Source of the DNA: Octopus sinensis
Lineage: Eukaryota
Length of the DNA: 64,000 nt
Assembly (NCBI RefSeq): GCF_006345805.1
Contig: NC_043005.1
Span: 109,244,001 to 109,308,000 of the forward strand
Direction of reading: 5' to 3'
The position numbers and the translations under genes are program-made. This document shows, in pieces, positions 26,266 to 38,575 of this stretch; the stretch's first letter is position 1; every line of letters begins with the position of its first letter. The notes beneath the pieces are model-generated. The model ran no database searches and was not told the DNA's origin. It worked only from the letters and a program-made list of their open reading frames with translations.

Positions 26266-27091
26266 CACACACATATATATTGATATATATGTATATATGT
26301 TTGTATGTATGCACACACATACACATAGGTGCATGTATATATGCATATATATGTATGTGAATTTTTGTGTATATATATATATATAATATGGTCATGTATC
26401 ATATTCATATAAGTGTGTAGATATGTATATATACACACACACACACAAACACACTCAGAAGCACACACTCAGATACACACAACACCCCATACACACATAC
26501 ATACACACATGCAGAAGCGTATACAGCTACAAGACTAGAGAAGGCAAGACAATTTTTAAGCGTTAGCTGAAAGCTATAGTTCCATCAAATTGTACCTCTC
26601 GGGTTGCTGTCTGAGTATTTTAAGAAGTAAAGGGGGTTACAATGACATTCCTTTATCACATTACATACAACCAAAGATGGATAACACCTCTCCCCCCCCC
26701 TGTTCTCACCTTCTCTCCTTCCTCTCTTTCTTCATTTTCTCAAATTTCTTACTTGGTGCCTTTCTTTATTTTACCATTTTTACCTTGACGTTATTGTGTT
26801 TTTGTTACCTATTTTATTTGTTTCATATTATTTTATTTTATTTATTCTTTTATTCTTTTCTTTTGTCTTTTTGTTTTGTTTTGCTGGGTGTTTTTTGGGT
26901 TTTTTTCTTTTTTGTTTTCTTCGTTAATGTTTTCATAATGTTTTCTATCTTCTATGAAGCTAAACATCCATCTACTCCTTCCCCTCCGACACAAAATTGA
27001 AACAAAAAGTGCAAGAAAATTTGTGATGAAGAACAAAAAAATACAATCACAGCAAAAAAAAAAAAAATTGATAATAATAAAATAATAATAA

Positions 27092-27129
<38 letters not shown>

Positions 27130-28456
27130 CAATTGCTATTGTCGCCTTCTCCATCACAAGGATTAACAGAGTAAAGGACACTGCATATGGCAAAAATAGA
27201 ATGAAAGACACATACACATGCACACACACTCATACACACACACATACACACAAACAAACATACATGAACACGAACACACATGCATACATATGTTCCTATA
27301 TACAACACATATATATATAATATATATATATATATACACATAGATGCATCCAATAAAGAAATACATTCTCACTCAGACACATATATATATATATATATAT
27401 GTGTGTGTATATATATATATATATATACACACACATATATATTGATATATATGTATATATGTTTGTATGTATGCACACACATACACATAGGTGCATGTAT
27501 ATATGCATATATATGTATGTGAATTTTTGTGTATATATATATATATAATATGGTCATGTATCATATTCATATAAGTGTGTAGATATGTATATATACACAC
27601 ACACACACAAACACACTCAGAAGCACACACTCAGATACACACAACACACCCATACACACATACATACACACATGCAGAAGCGTATACAGCTACAAGACTA
27701 GAGAAGGCAAGACAATTTTTAAGCGTTAGCTGAAAGCTATAGTTCCATCAAATTGTACCTCTCGGGTTGCTGTCTGAGTATTTTAAGAAGTAAAGGGGGT
27801 TACAATGACATTCCTTTATCACATTACATACAACCAAAGATGGATAACACCTCTCCCCCCCCCTGTTCTCACCTTCTCTCCTTCCTCTCTTTCTTCATTT
27901 TCTCAAATTTCTTACTTTGGTGCCTTTCTTTATTTTACCATTTTTACCTTGACGTTATTGTGTTTTTGTTACCTATTTTATTTGTTTCATATTATTTTAT
28001 TTTATTTATTCTTTTATTCTTTTCTTTTGTCTTTTTGTTTTGTTTTGCTGGGTGTTTTTTGGGTTTTTTTCTTTTTTGTTTTCTTCGTTAATGTTTTCAT
28101 AATGTTTTCTATCTTCTATGAAGCTAAACATCCATCTACTCCTTCCCCTCCGACACAAAATTGAAACAAAAAGTGCAAGAAAATTTGTGATGAAGAACAA
28201 AAAAATACAATCACAGCAAAAAAAAAAAAAATTGATAATAATAAAATAATAATAATAGTAGTAGTAGTAGTAGTAGTAGTACAATTGCTATTGTCGCCTT
28301 CTCCATCACAAGGATTAACAGAGTAAAGGACACTGCATATGGCAAAAATAGAATGAAAGACACATACACATGCACACACACTCATACACACACACATACA
28401 CACAAACAAACATACATGAACACGAACACACATGCATACATATGTTCCTATATACA

Positions 28457-28497
<41 letters not shown>

Positions 28498-28583
28498 GAT
28501 GCATCCAATAAAGAAATACATTCTCACTCAGACACATATATATATATATATATGTGTGTGTATATATATATATATATATACAT
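26234..28583. repeat. near-identical tandem duplication, unit ~1.16 kb
   Basis: ORFs at 26590 and 27753 are offset by 1163. The copies differ mainly in microsatellite length plus a 1-nt indel. Confidence 0.95.
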
Positions 28584-28778
28584 ATAAATATATATATGCA
28601 TGCACATATATACTTATATATGAATATATATATTTGTATGCAATTTACTGTGACATTTTAGGTAAAATCAACAAAAAAATTACCTCAACCAGCAAGAGAT
28701 ACATATCATTTAATGCACACCGTATAAGGATGTGATCTACTAACAGTTTCTTTTTTTGGAGACACAGGTTTAGGCAGG

Positions 28779-28943
28779 TTTTTATGACGTGCCTTGTATC
28801 TTCAAGTAATCTTCAAGCTCTGAGCATGTGGTCTATTCAGTTTGCAAATCAGGATGCTAGTAAATGTATTCTGAATAGCAAATTGAATACACCATGTGCT
28901 CAGAGCCCGAAGATTGCTTCAAGACACAAGACATGTTATAAAA
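28779..28943. repeat. degenerate foldback (possible old MITE)
   Basis: Arms TTTTATGACGTGCCTTGTATCTTC...GTTTGC and GCAAATTGAATACACC...GACATGTTATAAAA are imperfect reverse complements. Confidence 0.7.
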
Positions 28944-29212
28944 TCCTACTTCGACATTTGTCTCTGGAGCAAAAAATCCTGTAGTATCTCATATCTCTGT
29001 ACTGTGTACATTAAATGATATATTTGTACATAAAGATATATGTATATATCAATTTATCATCATCATCATCACCACTTAACATCTGTTGTCCATGCTGGCT
29101 TGGGTTGGACAGTTTGACCAGGGTCAGTAAGCTGAAGGGCTGCACCAGATTCTGGTTTGATTTGGCATGGTTTCTACAGCTGGATGCCCTTCATAAATAT
29201 AGCATGTCCAGC

Positions 29213-29541
29213 TGACAACAAGGTATGCAATAAGGAAGAAAGAAAAGTCGATAGATATGACATGTTAGCTTGGGATGTTAAGCAATTGTGGTCACTGAAA
29301 AAGTGGTAGTAATACCAGTAATTGTCGGAGCACTGGGAACAGTGAGTAAAAATCTTGAGAAGTACATCGAATAAATAGGGGCTGCAATAAGGGTTGCACT
29401 TGCAGAAAACAACACTGCTTGGAACCACTTGAATACACTGGATGGTGCTCGAAAAATAAGGGGTGTTACCCTTAGTTCACTGGTATTGAACAGCTGGCAC
29501 TATAGTACATCTCCAACCATAGAAGCTGGGCAAAGAGAATA

Positions 29542-29575
<34 letters not shown>

Positions 29576-29588
29576 TAATAATAATAAC

Positions 29589-29631
<43 letters not shown>

Positions 29632-29660
29632 GTAATAATAATAATAATAATTATAATAAA
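29213..29660 (+). mobile_element. R4/Dong-like (RLE) non-LTR retrotransposon 3' end with (TAA)n tail
   Basis: EERKVDRYDMLAWDVKQLW...VVVIPVIVGALGTV...QKTTLLGT is the RLE C-terminal pattern, followed by a long (AAT)n tract. Confidence 0.75.
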
Positions 29661-29689
29661 CAAAATTTAAAAATTAAAATTCGCAAAAG

Positions 29690-30760
29690 GAAGTGTTTGA
29701 TCCATGGATAACCATGGGACCCCACATATGCTGGTCACCACAACTGCCAAGGTAATCCAGGCAGGCACTTCTCTCCTTCTCATCTCATCCAGCCTACAGG
29801 CAGGGACATGGCACCTAAGTAGGCAAGGTAGGCAATGCCTAACTAGGCATAAAATAGAGCGATCTAGTTTGAATAAAATAGATCGATAGCAATGTTTTCC
29901 TTTTATGGCAAAATATGTTCCTAATTCAATAAAATTAAACATACATCAGCAGTTGTTCGACAAAGCTTCACAAGTCAGCAAAGCTCGGACATTGGATGAG
30001 TGCATGTAGGGTGGTTTCATCACCCTGTGTACATCTTGGACAGGTCAGTCTGACAGAATGTCTGTTCCCTGTAGAGCTTGTCTCAGACTGGCAGAGATCA
30101 CCAGTAGTAATGCCAGGCCATGGACTTCTGGAAGTTATGAAGAGGCCCTGGCCCAAATCTCCTCCAAAAAATACTAGCTAATTGATTCCTCGCAACACCC
30201 AGAGTTTCCCTGCACTCTTGCTCACCACTAATATCCTATAAACTCCAGTATAGAATGTTCATCGACCGCATTGCCTGATTGGCAAAGGGCTGTGAGCCCT
30301 TACCAACACTCCAGGTACCAAACACTCTTTCTCAGCTTATGCTGGATTCTGGACTATAACTCCATCAATGAGATGAGCAGCAGAATATCCTGTCTGACAA
30401 AAGATGACCACACCTGCTCACTATCAAGAAAATGCTGGAGATATCACAGCTTTAGTACATGACTATGCATCATTAGACACGGCATATCCAGTCCTCCGCT
30501 CAGCAGCTGCTTACAACAACTGAACCATCTGACAAGTGGAACATGACCCTTCTACAGAAAGCAGAAGAGCAAGTACTTCAGCTTCACCAGCCACAAAGGA
30601 GGGCTAGAGATGACAGTCAGGTGGTTGTAGACAACGGAAGTGATTTACACATTTTCCACCTTTGCCAGACCCTTCAGGAACAGCTCCTCTCTGCCCATTT
30701 CTGGGTTAACAATTTATCCAACCACTTCAATAAACAAATACCACCTATGTTATCAGCAAA
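29690..30760 (-). mobile_element. Tx1/L1-clade LINE remnant (RT C-terminus and zinc knuckle)
   Basis: W..R.LSLKG.AKV.N..ITSVVYNHLTV, GGLDMP and CPRC...ETTLHALIQCP motifs appear in order, with many stops and frameshifts. Confidence 0.7.
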
Positions 30761-32139
30761 CTGGAAATATTCAGTATATTGCAGCATACTGGGAAAATTT
30801 TTGCTCAAAAAGAAAATGTGTGGTGACTTGATAGATTATGTCTTAATTTACATTGACTACTTCATAAACGTTTGGGATACAATGCTTCAGTAAGTAGTAT
30901 GATCGTGACACCAAAAAAGGCGCTAAATGAAGCTTGTCAACCAAAAATTCTGTAAAATTTCTACAACCAGACAATTGAGTACCACAGAGCAGAAACCACT
31001 ATATAAAACTCCTCCTCCTCCTCATCATCATCATCATCGTTTAACGTCCGTTTTCCATGCTAGCATGGGTGGACGGTTCGACCGGGGTGTGGAAGCCAGG
31101 AGGCTGCACCAGGCTCCAGTCTGATCTGGCAGTGTTTCTACAGCTGGATGCCCTTCCTAACGCCAACCACTCCGTGAGTGTAGTGGTTGCTTTTTACGAG
31201 CCACCGGCACAGGTGCCAGGGGAGGTTGGCAATGGAAACGATCAGTTGGTGCTTGTTGCGTGCCACTGGCACAGGTGCCAGGGGAGGTTGGCAATGGACA
31301 CGATCAGTTGGTGCTTTTTACGTGCCACTGGCACAGAAGCCAGTCAAAGCGGCGCTGGTATAGAGGTTGGCAACGGCCACGATCGTAGATGTTAAAATTC
31401 TTTCAGAGAAAATCATTGCAAGGTAGAAGAAAACATCTACACATGCTGATTTTTAAAGAGAGATATTAAGAATATGGAGATGCCCAGCAGCAAAAGCAAA
31501 AGTAGTACAGTTATTATCAAAGTATTAGATGTAATTCCTCAAAATTTACCATACCGTTTGGAGTGAGTGGACATCAAGATTGATATGCAAGTAAATCTCT
31601 CCTTTCTCCTTGTAACAGTACATATTCTTGGAAATTACCTTCAGTCTAAAGACTTTCATTAAGACAGACTGTCAATATGTAGAAGAAAAAAAACAATAAA
31701 ACTTGTATGTTATATCCATACTATACAATGGAATATAAGAACCACCAGCACCAGAACTACAACAACAACAATATTGATAATGACAAAAGTGATAATCTTT
31801 TCTTTATTAGCCAGAAGAGCTCAGATACAAACAATGCAAAAATCTTTCACTGGGGGTTATAAAGAAAGTAAAGATAAAGTGGAGCAAGAACAAAACACAC
31901 ATTATACAAATATAGAGAAAAATATTCTGACTTTAAAAGGCATACAGAGACGTTCATGCAAATACATATACTTACACACACACACACACACACATGCATA
32001 CACACTCTCATATTTACTCAGAAATGTTGGAAAAGTCTAATAAAAATACATACAATGATTTGAAACAAAAGAAATTAAGATTACTGCTTAGGTTGAGTCA
32101 AGTCACACTACAATTCTGTTCAATTAATTTCGCAAACTA

Positions 32140-32430
32140 TTTTTGAGTGCAGCCAGATACACCAGTAAGCATCTTTCAAGTCATTTAATGTCATAAAATA
32201 TCAACATCTTGTGAGTAATTTCGTTATTTTCGGTGCAATGTCTTACTTTTATTTTTACGAACGATCTGTCTTTTATGTTATTAGTATGCTGAACTTAACT
32301 GTTTTTGTGTCATGCTAACTTCTTCGAATAATCTGTGGCACAAGAAGTGACTAATGTTGTCTTTAAGCTGTTTGTTGGATTATCGAAGGGGAGAGAATTT
32401 TATTTGCTCTTCGTTCTCTTCATTTTCTTA
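32140..32430 (-). mobile_element. highly decayed LTR-retrotransposon (Gypsy-like) RT remnant
   Basis: KLLTRC*YFMTLNDLKDAYWCIWL resembles the RT motif YFxxLDLKxxYWQIxL. The upstream QIKFSPLR..LFEEVS resembles the region before RT. Confidence 0.4.
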
Positions 32431-32954
32431 ATTATTTTCCTGAAAGTGGATTTGATTGTCATCTGGAAAAAATTGTTTCTCCTCACCTATTTTCATTGAG
32501 TCATTTTTTTGCGATTTTTTCTTTTCCTTTTGTATTTTCACTAACAGTTTGGGAATATTTATCAGTAAGTGTCCTTGCTTCCTCATCGCTCGATGATGGT
32601 ATGTAGCTGCTGTTACAAAAATAAATGTTTGCTCACCTAGTTTGGATATTGATGTTTCAATTGCCTTCCTCGGAGATTTTGCTGTTGGTGAGCTGAAAAA
32701 AAGTTATTTGCTGCTCTTTTTAATGTTGCTATCAATTTTCCTCATTTTTGCTTTCCTTTTATTTATTCATCTATTTATTTTATTTGCTCAAATTTACCTG
32801 GTCTTCTGGAAATTCAGCTCTGGGGTAAGTTTTACACTGACAGGTATATCAACTAAGCTTCCTACCATTTATTAATCTTATGCTCCTTGTTTCTACCCCT
32901 TCTACATGGCACTGCTTTCGTATGGATCTTGCAAATCACTTTCCACCCTTTATT

Positions 32955-33590
32955 ATACCGTCGTGCTGTGTGAGCCGTGACTCCATCGCATTGAAACCAT
33001 AGATTTTCGGTATCCAACCCACCCAGTTTAGGGCACAAAAAGTTCTCCAACATTTCAATGTACCGGCCAGAGGTGGCCGTTACTCTTTCATCACCTTTTT
33101 CAAAAAAGTACGAGCTGATGACACCAAAATCGGCAGCTACACACCAAACAGTTACACAAATAAAATGAAGCAGTTTTTTGGGGAGTTCGTAAGGAATATG
33201 TTCAGCCTAGTAGCGAAATTCTGCTTGTTTGCGTTTCCATTGATATGGAAGTGAGCCTTGTCGGTACTTAGAAGAACAGCTGCAGTGGGAGCTTCAGCAA
33301 GAATATCCGTACATAGGGCTCTACGATTGTTATGATCTGTCGCAGTTAATTCTGGAATTAACATCATTTTGTAAGGATTCAGTTTCAAATCCCAATGCAG
33401 AATCCTCCTCAAACTTTGGCCAAATATTACTAATGCTACAATATGCTTACGAGCCGAACGCTTCGGCGGTTGCTGAAAAGATGTTGTTACTGATGCCACA
33501 TTCTATGGAATTCTAACGATCTGTCAGGAGATTTTCTTTTCAATGTAGATCCAGTTGCAAAATCGTTTTCCGGTCTGGTACAGATGCATT
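32955..33590 (-). mobile_element. Tc1/mariner-superfamily transposase remnant
   Basis: RSARK..LRRILHWDLKLNPYK, STDKAHFHING.ANKQN, VTVWC...SYFFE...RYIEMLENF and WFQCDGVTAHTAR appear in order, frameshifted. Confidence 0.85.
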
Positions 33591-33702
33591 TTGGCCTAGC
33601 GCAAAGTATCTAAATGATATGACATGTATGTAAAAAATGTAATATATAAATAAATATCTGTAAATATAAACCATCCGATCTTCTGATTACCTCATTTCTT
33701 CT

Positions 33703-33760
<58 letters not shown>

Positions 33761-33761
33761 C

Positions 33762-33957
33762 GGAAAGGTTTGCGAAAATAAACAAAAGACGAAGGCAGGT
33801 GGAGTACAAACAAATAATGTATTAGTATGGCGCTCAGGAATAGAAATAAAACAAGTCTTTTACGTTTCGAGCCTACGCTCTTAGACAGAAAGATACACAG
33901 AAAAGAAACAAGGAGAGAAAAAAATTGCGTGTAGGGGCTAACGATCCAACATGGCGA
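33762..33957 (-). mobile_element. Penelope-type non-autonomous fragment with decayed hammerhead-like motif
   Basis: CUUU-CUGUCUA-AGAG...CUC-GAAAC-GUA-AAAG on the minus strand; related to 19687-19815. Flanked by (TA)n. Confidence 0.45.
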
Positions 33958-33958
33958 T

Positions 33959-34041
<83 letters not shown>

Positions 34042-34042
34042 T

Positions 34043-34189
34043 TTTATTTAAAGCAGCAGAAAATTCAACAAAACCTGAGTTTCACGTTCCCGTTCGTCGG
34101 ACAGTTTTTGCTAGATTCTAGCAAAAACTGTCCGACGAACGGGAACGTGAAACTCAGGTTTTGTTGAATTTTCTGCTGCTTTAAATAAA
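34043..34189. repeat. perfect palindrome, 73-bp arms, 1-nt centre
   Basis: 34043-34115 is the exact reverse complement of 34117-34189. Confidence 0.95.
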
Positions 34190-34609
34190 GCATATTACTA
34201 TACCACTGGTATTTGAGTACTCTTTTTTCCCCCTTGTTTCACATTTATGTGTTTACTCCGGTATATATATATATTATATATATATATTATATATATATAT
34301 ACATATATATAATAATGTAATAAATAAAATATATGCATACATACATATATGTACGTACCTACATCTACATGTATATATACATGCATATATAAATATATAT
34401 ATGTGAGTACAGGACACCACAAATAGACGTAGAACTCAACGAGAAACGAAAACATAAAAACAAGGGAACGGACTTTTTTCAACAACGAAAAAACAGAACA
34501 CAGGACAAACAACACAGGGAACATTCCCCATCATCAGCTGTCCCCGGTTTGACTCCATGCGTGTTTCTTCGTTTCGTTTCGTTTCTTTCCTTTCTCCCAG
34601 TATGCTTAT

Positions 34610-34666
<57 letters not shown>

Positions 34667-34768
34667 ATATACATATATATATTATTATTTGAGGGAATAA
34701 AATCCAAACTTACACGGAAAAAATTAAATTCAGAAATACTAAATCAAATTTCACACAATATAATATAT

Positions 34769-34978
34769 ATATAAAAAATCAGAAAAAAACCCCACCTTTT
34801 ATCAATTCAAAATGAACAATTAAATTACACCATCAAGAAAATTACATATAATAGAAATATTAAAATTAAAATAACATTTTAATTTTAGTATTTCTATTAT
34901 AAGTAATTTTCTATAAGGTGTAATTTAATTGTTCATTTTGAATTGATAAAAGGTAGTTTTTTTCTAATTTTTTATATA
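34769..34978. repeat. AT-rich foldback palindrome (~100-bp arms)
   Basis: CCTTTTATCAATTCAAAATGAACAATTAAATTACACC in the left arm; its reverse complement in the right arm. Confidence 0.85.
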
Positions 34979-34996
34979 AACATATATATACATACA

Positions 34997-35057
<61 letters not shown>

Positions 35058-35538
35058 TATATATATAAGTTAATCCAAACATGAAAACACAAAAAGAAAA
35101 CACAACAACGCGAGAACGTGGAACAAATATAGTATTATTGGACGTTCAGGAAGGAAGGGAAGAAGGAGGGTTTAACGTTTCGAGCGGAGCTCTTCGTCGA
35201 AAACATAGGAGAAGGAAAGATCCAAAGAAGGGAAGACAGAGGAAAAAAATCGCCAACGGTACTATACACATATATATACATGTATGTATGTATGTATGTA
35301 CGTATGTATGTGTATATATATATATATAATATATACATGCATAAGTATAAGCAAATAAAATGTTATATGTGTATGTGTGTGAACGTAGGAGTGTGTGTAC
35401 GAGTGACTAAATACATATCTCATTTCTTTTTTATCTATTACTAATTTCTGAGCTATTGTTAACTTGAAATTTTCTTTGACGTACGATAGTTTTGATGTAG
35501 TACTTCTTTTCCTGAGATACTCTGACTACGGTGGTTAC

Positions 35539-35848
35539 CAGTGGTTAACTGGCCAGGTTGCTAGCTTGCCCGATGGCAAGTGGACCCCTGCGCCATTTGA
35601 ATCCATATATGGGGGCCCATGTTAGTATCTAAAAGGCCCATCCCCTCAAGTTTGAGAATTTTTATTCACTCCTGGAAGAATACATTAATTATTTCAGCCT
35701 GGCTGTGTTTGTAGACAGTTGAAAAGAATACCTTTAACAAAAAATATAAAAATGATAGCATTGTAGTTGCGGGTGGGCCCCCTTGTAGTTACAGGTGGTC
35801 CCCCCTAGTTTCCTGGCAACCAATATTTTTAGACCCAGTCCGCCACTG
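35539..35848. mobile_element. hAT-type MITE
   Basis: TIRs CAGTGGTTAACTGG and CCAGTCCGCCACTG; 8-bp TSD GTGGTTAC / GTTGTTAC. Confidence 0.75.
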
Positions 35849-36570
35849 GTTGTTACTCTTCCTTTTTTTTTCTAGTATTTATCTTACTGATAAAATAGAA
35901 ATAACAAACTTCCTTTTCTTAACTGCTTATATAGAATGTTCTACAAAATTTACATGGAGTCCTCATTAATCTCTGCCTGCAAACTGATGTTGGTAAATAA
36001 CGATTGATTAAATTTCTATTTTCTTCTGAAGATCTGGTGTTTCAAGGTGATTATGCAATCATCTTTGTAACGATTATCACACAACATATTAGTGTTTGCA
36101 AGTGAAACACGTGTAAAGGTTATGTAATTCATAATGTAAAAATAACGTGTTTAATTAAATCTCCTGTTTTATTCAGCCTTCGGATATACATACTGCAAAT
36201 TATTCAGATGTATGTAATACCAAAAGCAGATCGGAGGAGAAATTGTGGGCAATACTTGACAGAAAGTTGGATATACATGGATTTACATGTAGTCCTAGGT
36301 ATCGATTAATAGTTATGTTATCTCATTCGAAATGGTGATTACTCAACACACACACACACATGCATGTTTGAACGTGTGCGTATGGTGTGTGTATATATGT
36401 ATTTATGTATCTTTACAAGGTAAATTTTGTGATATCGATATATATTCATATTTTTATTCTGTACCAAAATATTGAAATTCCTTCTTTTTTCTTTCTTTTT
36501 TTGGTGTAAGTATTTTTTGACTGAAACACAAATTATATAAATTATAAATTTATGCTTCTTTATATGAGAG

Positions 36571-37152
36571 TGTAGCAAGCGTTGTTATGACTAAATGATA
36601 ATAAAAGGAACAGAGTATAGTTACGTCCCCTCATTCTATTGTCGGTAGTTGGCGCTTTGATGGTTCTGTACTCCCGGAAGTCTTTGCGACATAGCATTTC
36701 CACTGGAAATATATATAAACTCCAAACTGACATTTAGTCTCTCGTATTTTATTCGGCACGACTCTCACTGGAGACTGAACTCTTGACTCCTCGCTCTCGG
36801 AGTGGTTGGTTCACTTTGCTCTTAGCCCTTACAGCAACATCATTATGCAGCTGGCGCATTCCTTGCTCTCTTGTTTCAGCACGAATCCCATAAGATGAAC
36901 CTTTAACCATTAATGCCAACTGGCTTATTCTCCAGCCAACTACCGACCAACTAGTTTTCACTAGATATGAAACAATCACATTTGTACACCTTTTACAATT
37001 TCACATGCACTTTTGTAAAAACGTAGTTATATAAAAAAATTGTCTAGACTTTGACAATGTTATTTGTCACAACCAAGTACATGCAGCTTAACACAACACA
37101 AACAAGATAACTGGCTTCATGTCCGACTCCTCACTAAAATATTTTAGCTACG
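36571..37152 (+). mobile_element. possible solo LTR
   Basis: Short inverted ends TGTAGC...GCTACG, CpG-richer than the flanks, TATATAAA (36712) and Inr-like TTAGTC (36734). No TSD seen. Confidence 0.3.
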
Positions 37153-37722
37153 TTAATAAGACTGCCTTTAATTTATCTAAGATATATCTGCATATAGAGA
37201 GAGATATACAGATACTGGGAGGTAAGATGTTCATGTATAAACATAGAGATAAGACATGAAAATATATACTTAGGTACACGTGCTGATACAAATAGATATG
37301 TGCACACAATAAGTCTTATATATGACGTATTTATACTTACATTTATGCACCTATACAAACACATACATATAGAAATACATATATGCATTTATATATGTAT
37401 GTGTTTATATATGTATGTATTTATATAGATAAAACTTACTTGCAAATGGATGCGTGGCGTTCAATCATATAACAATGTTAAAAAAATACATATATGCATA
37501 TATACATACATATATGTACATACCTACATATATATACATATATGGGTACAGGACGTCAAAAAAACGTGAACAACATCAAAAACGAGAACAGGAAAAACAA
37601 AAACATGGAAAACGATTTTTTTTTCGAACAACGAAAGAAACAAACCCACATATGCATGTGTATATACATATATATGTAGGTATGTACATATATGTATGGA
37701 TATAGGCATATATATATTATTC

Positions 37723-37765
<43 letters not shown>

Positions 37766-37916
37766 GTGTGTGTGTATGTGTATGTATTTATTTATATATA
37801 TATATTGATAAAACTTACCTGAAATAGGGATGCATGACGTTCCATCATCTATTAATATAAATGATATATATGCATATATACATACATATATGTACACACA
37901 TACGTATATATGCCTA

Positions 37917-38490
37917 TGTGCGCACAAAGCGTCTTGAAACGTGTACAACAAAAAAAATACGAAGTACGAGAACATGGAATATGAACTATTTTTTGAACAA
38001 CGAAAGACACAAATGGAAAACAAGACAAACTACATTGATGGTCGATGGTCACGTGACCATCGGCCATCTTTCTTTCTCCTCCTAACTTGTGTTTCTTTCT
38101 CTCCGTTGTAGCTGGAACAAGGAAGACGTGTTCTTGTCTGTCTCCTGTCCAAGCTTCATTTACGAGTTCCCCCACCACAACTACGTTTAGGCTTAGCAGC
38201 CCTTCCTGTTTCTTTTCACTGTTCTGTTTGTGTTACCAATTTTGACCCTCCGCAAAATCTCAAATTTTACTTAATTTGCAACTGTTTTATCCAAAGCGTA
38301 TATTGTTGTAAAATGCGCGAAATATGAGAATAGAAAAACAGCCAACAACTGATGAAAGATCATTCTTTATGTTATTTTTGTTTGCCATTTGTGTCTTTCG
38401 TTGTTCAAAAACATTGTTCATATTCCATGTACTCGTACTTCGTATTTCTTTTTTGTTGTACATGTTTTGTGACATCCTGTGCCCACATTA
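37917..38490. mobile_element. Penelope-type element with inverted ~120-bp terminal segments
   Basis: 37917-38037 and about 38365-38490 are imperfect reverse complements. Related segments at 19333-19480, 34405-34600 and 37541-37650. Confidence 0.55.
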
Positions 38491-38528
38491 TGCATATATA
38501 TAATTGATAAAAGGTGTTTTTTCTAATT

Positions 38529-38575
<47 letters not shown>

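Noticed and set aside
27130-27186. Phase-2 minus-strand exon candidate (VLYSVNPCDGEGDNSN) after a strong acceptor, duplicated at about 28280-28336
   Set aside because: The phase fits the 61811 exon, but the donor (GTACTA) is poor and the frame runs into an (ACT)n microsatellite. It cannot be supported without RNA data.
30543-30893. 116-aa plus-strand ORF
   Set aside because: Mostly the antisense of the Tx1/L1 LINE remnant.
37814-37826. TTTCAG|GTAAG recursive-splice-like site on the minus strand
   Set aside because: It lies in a repeated module with a degenerate paralogue at about 37436, so it is repeat-derived; the polypyrimidine tract is short.
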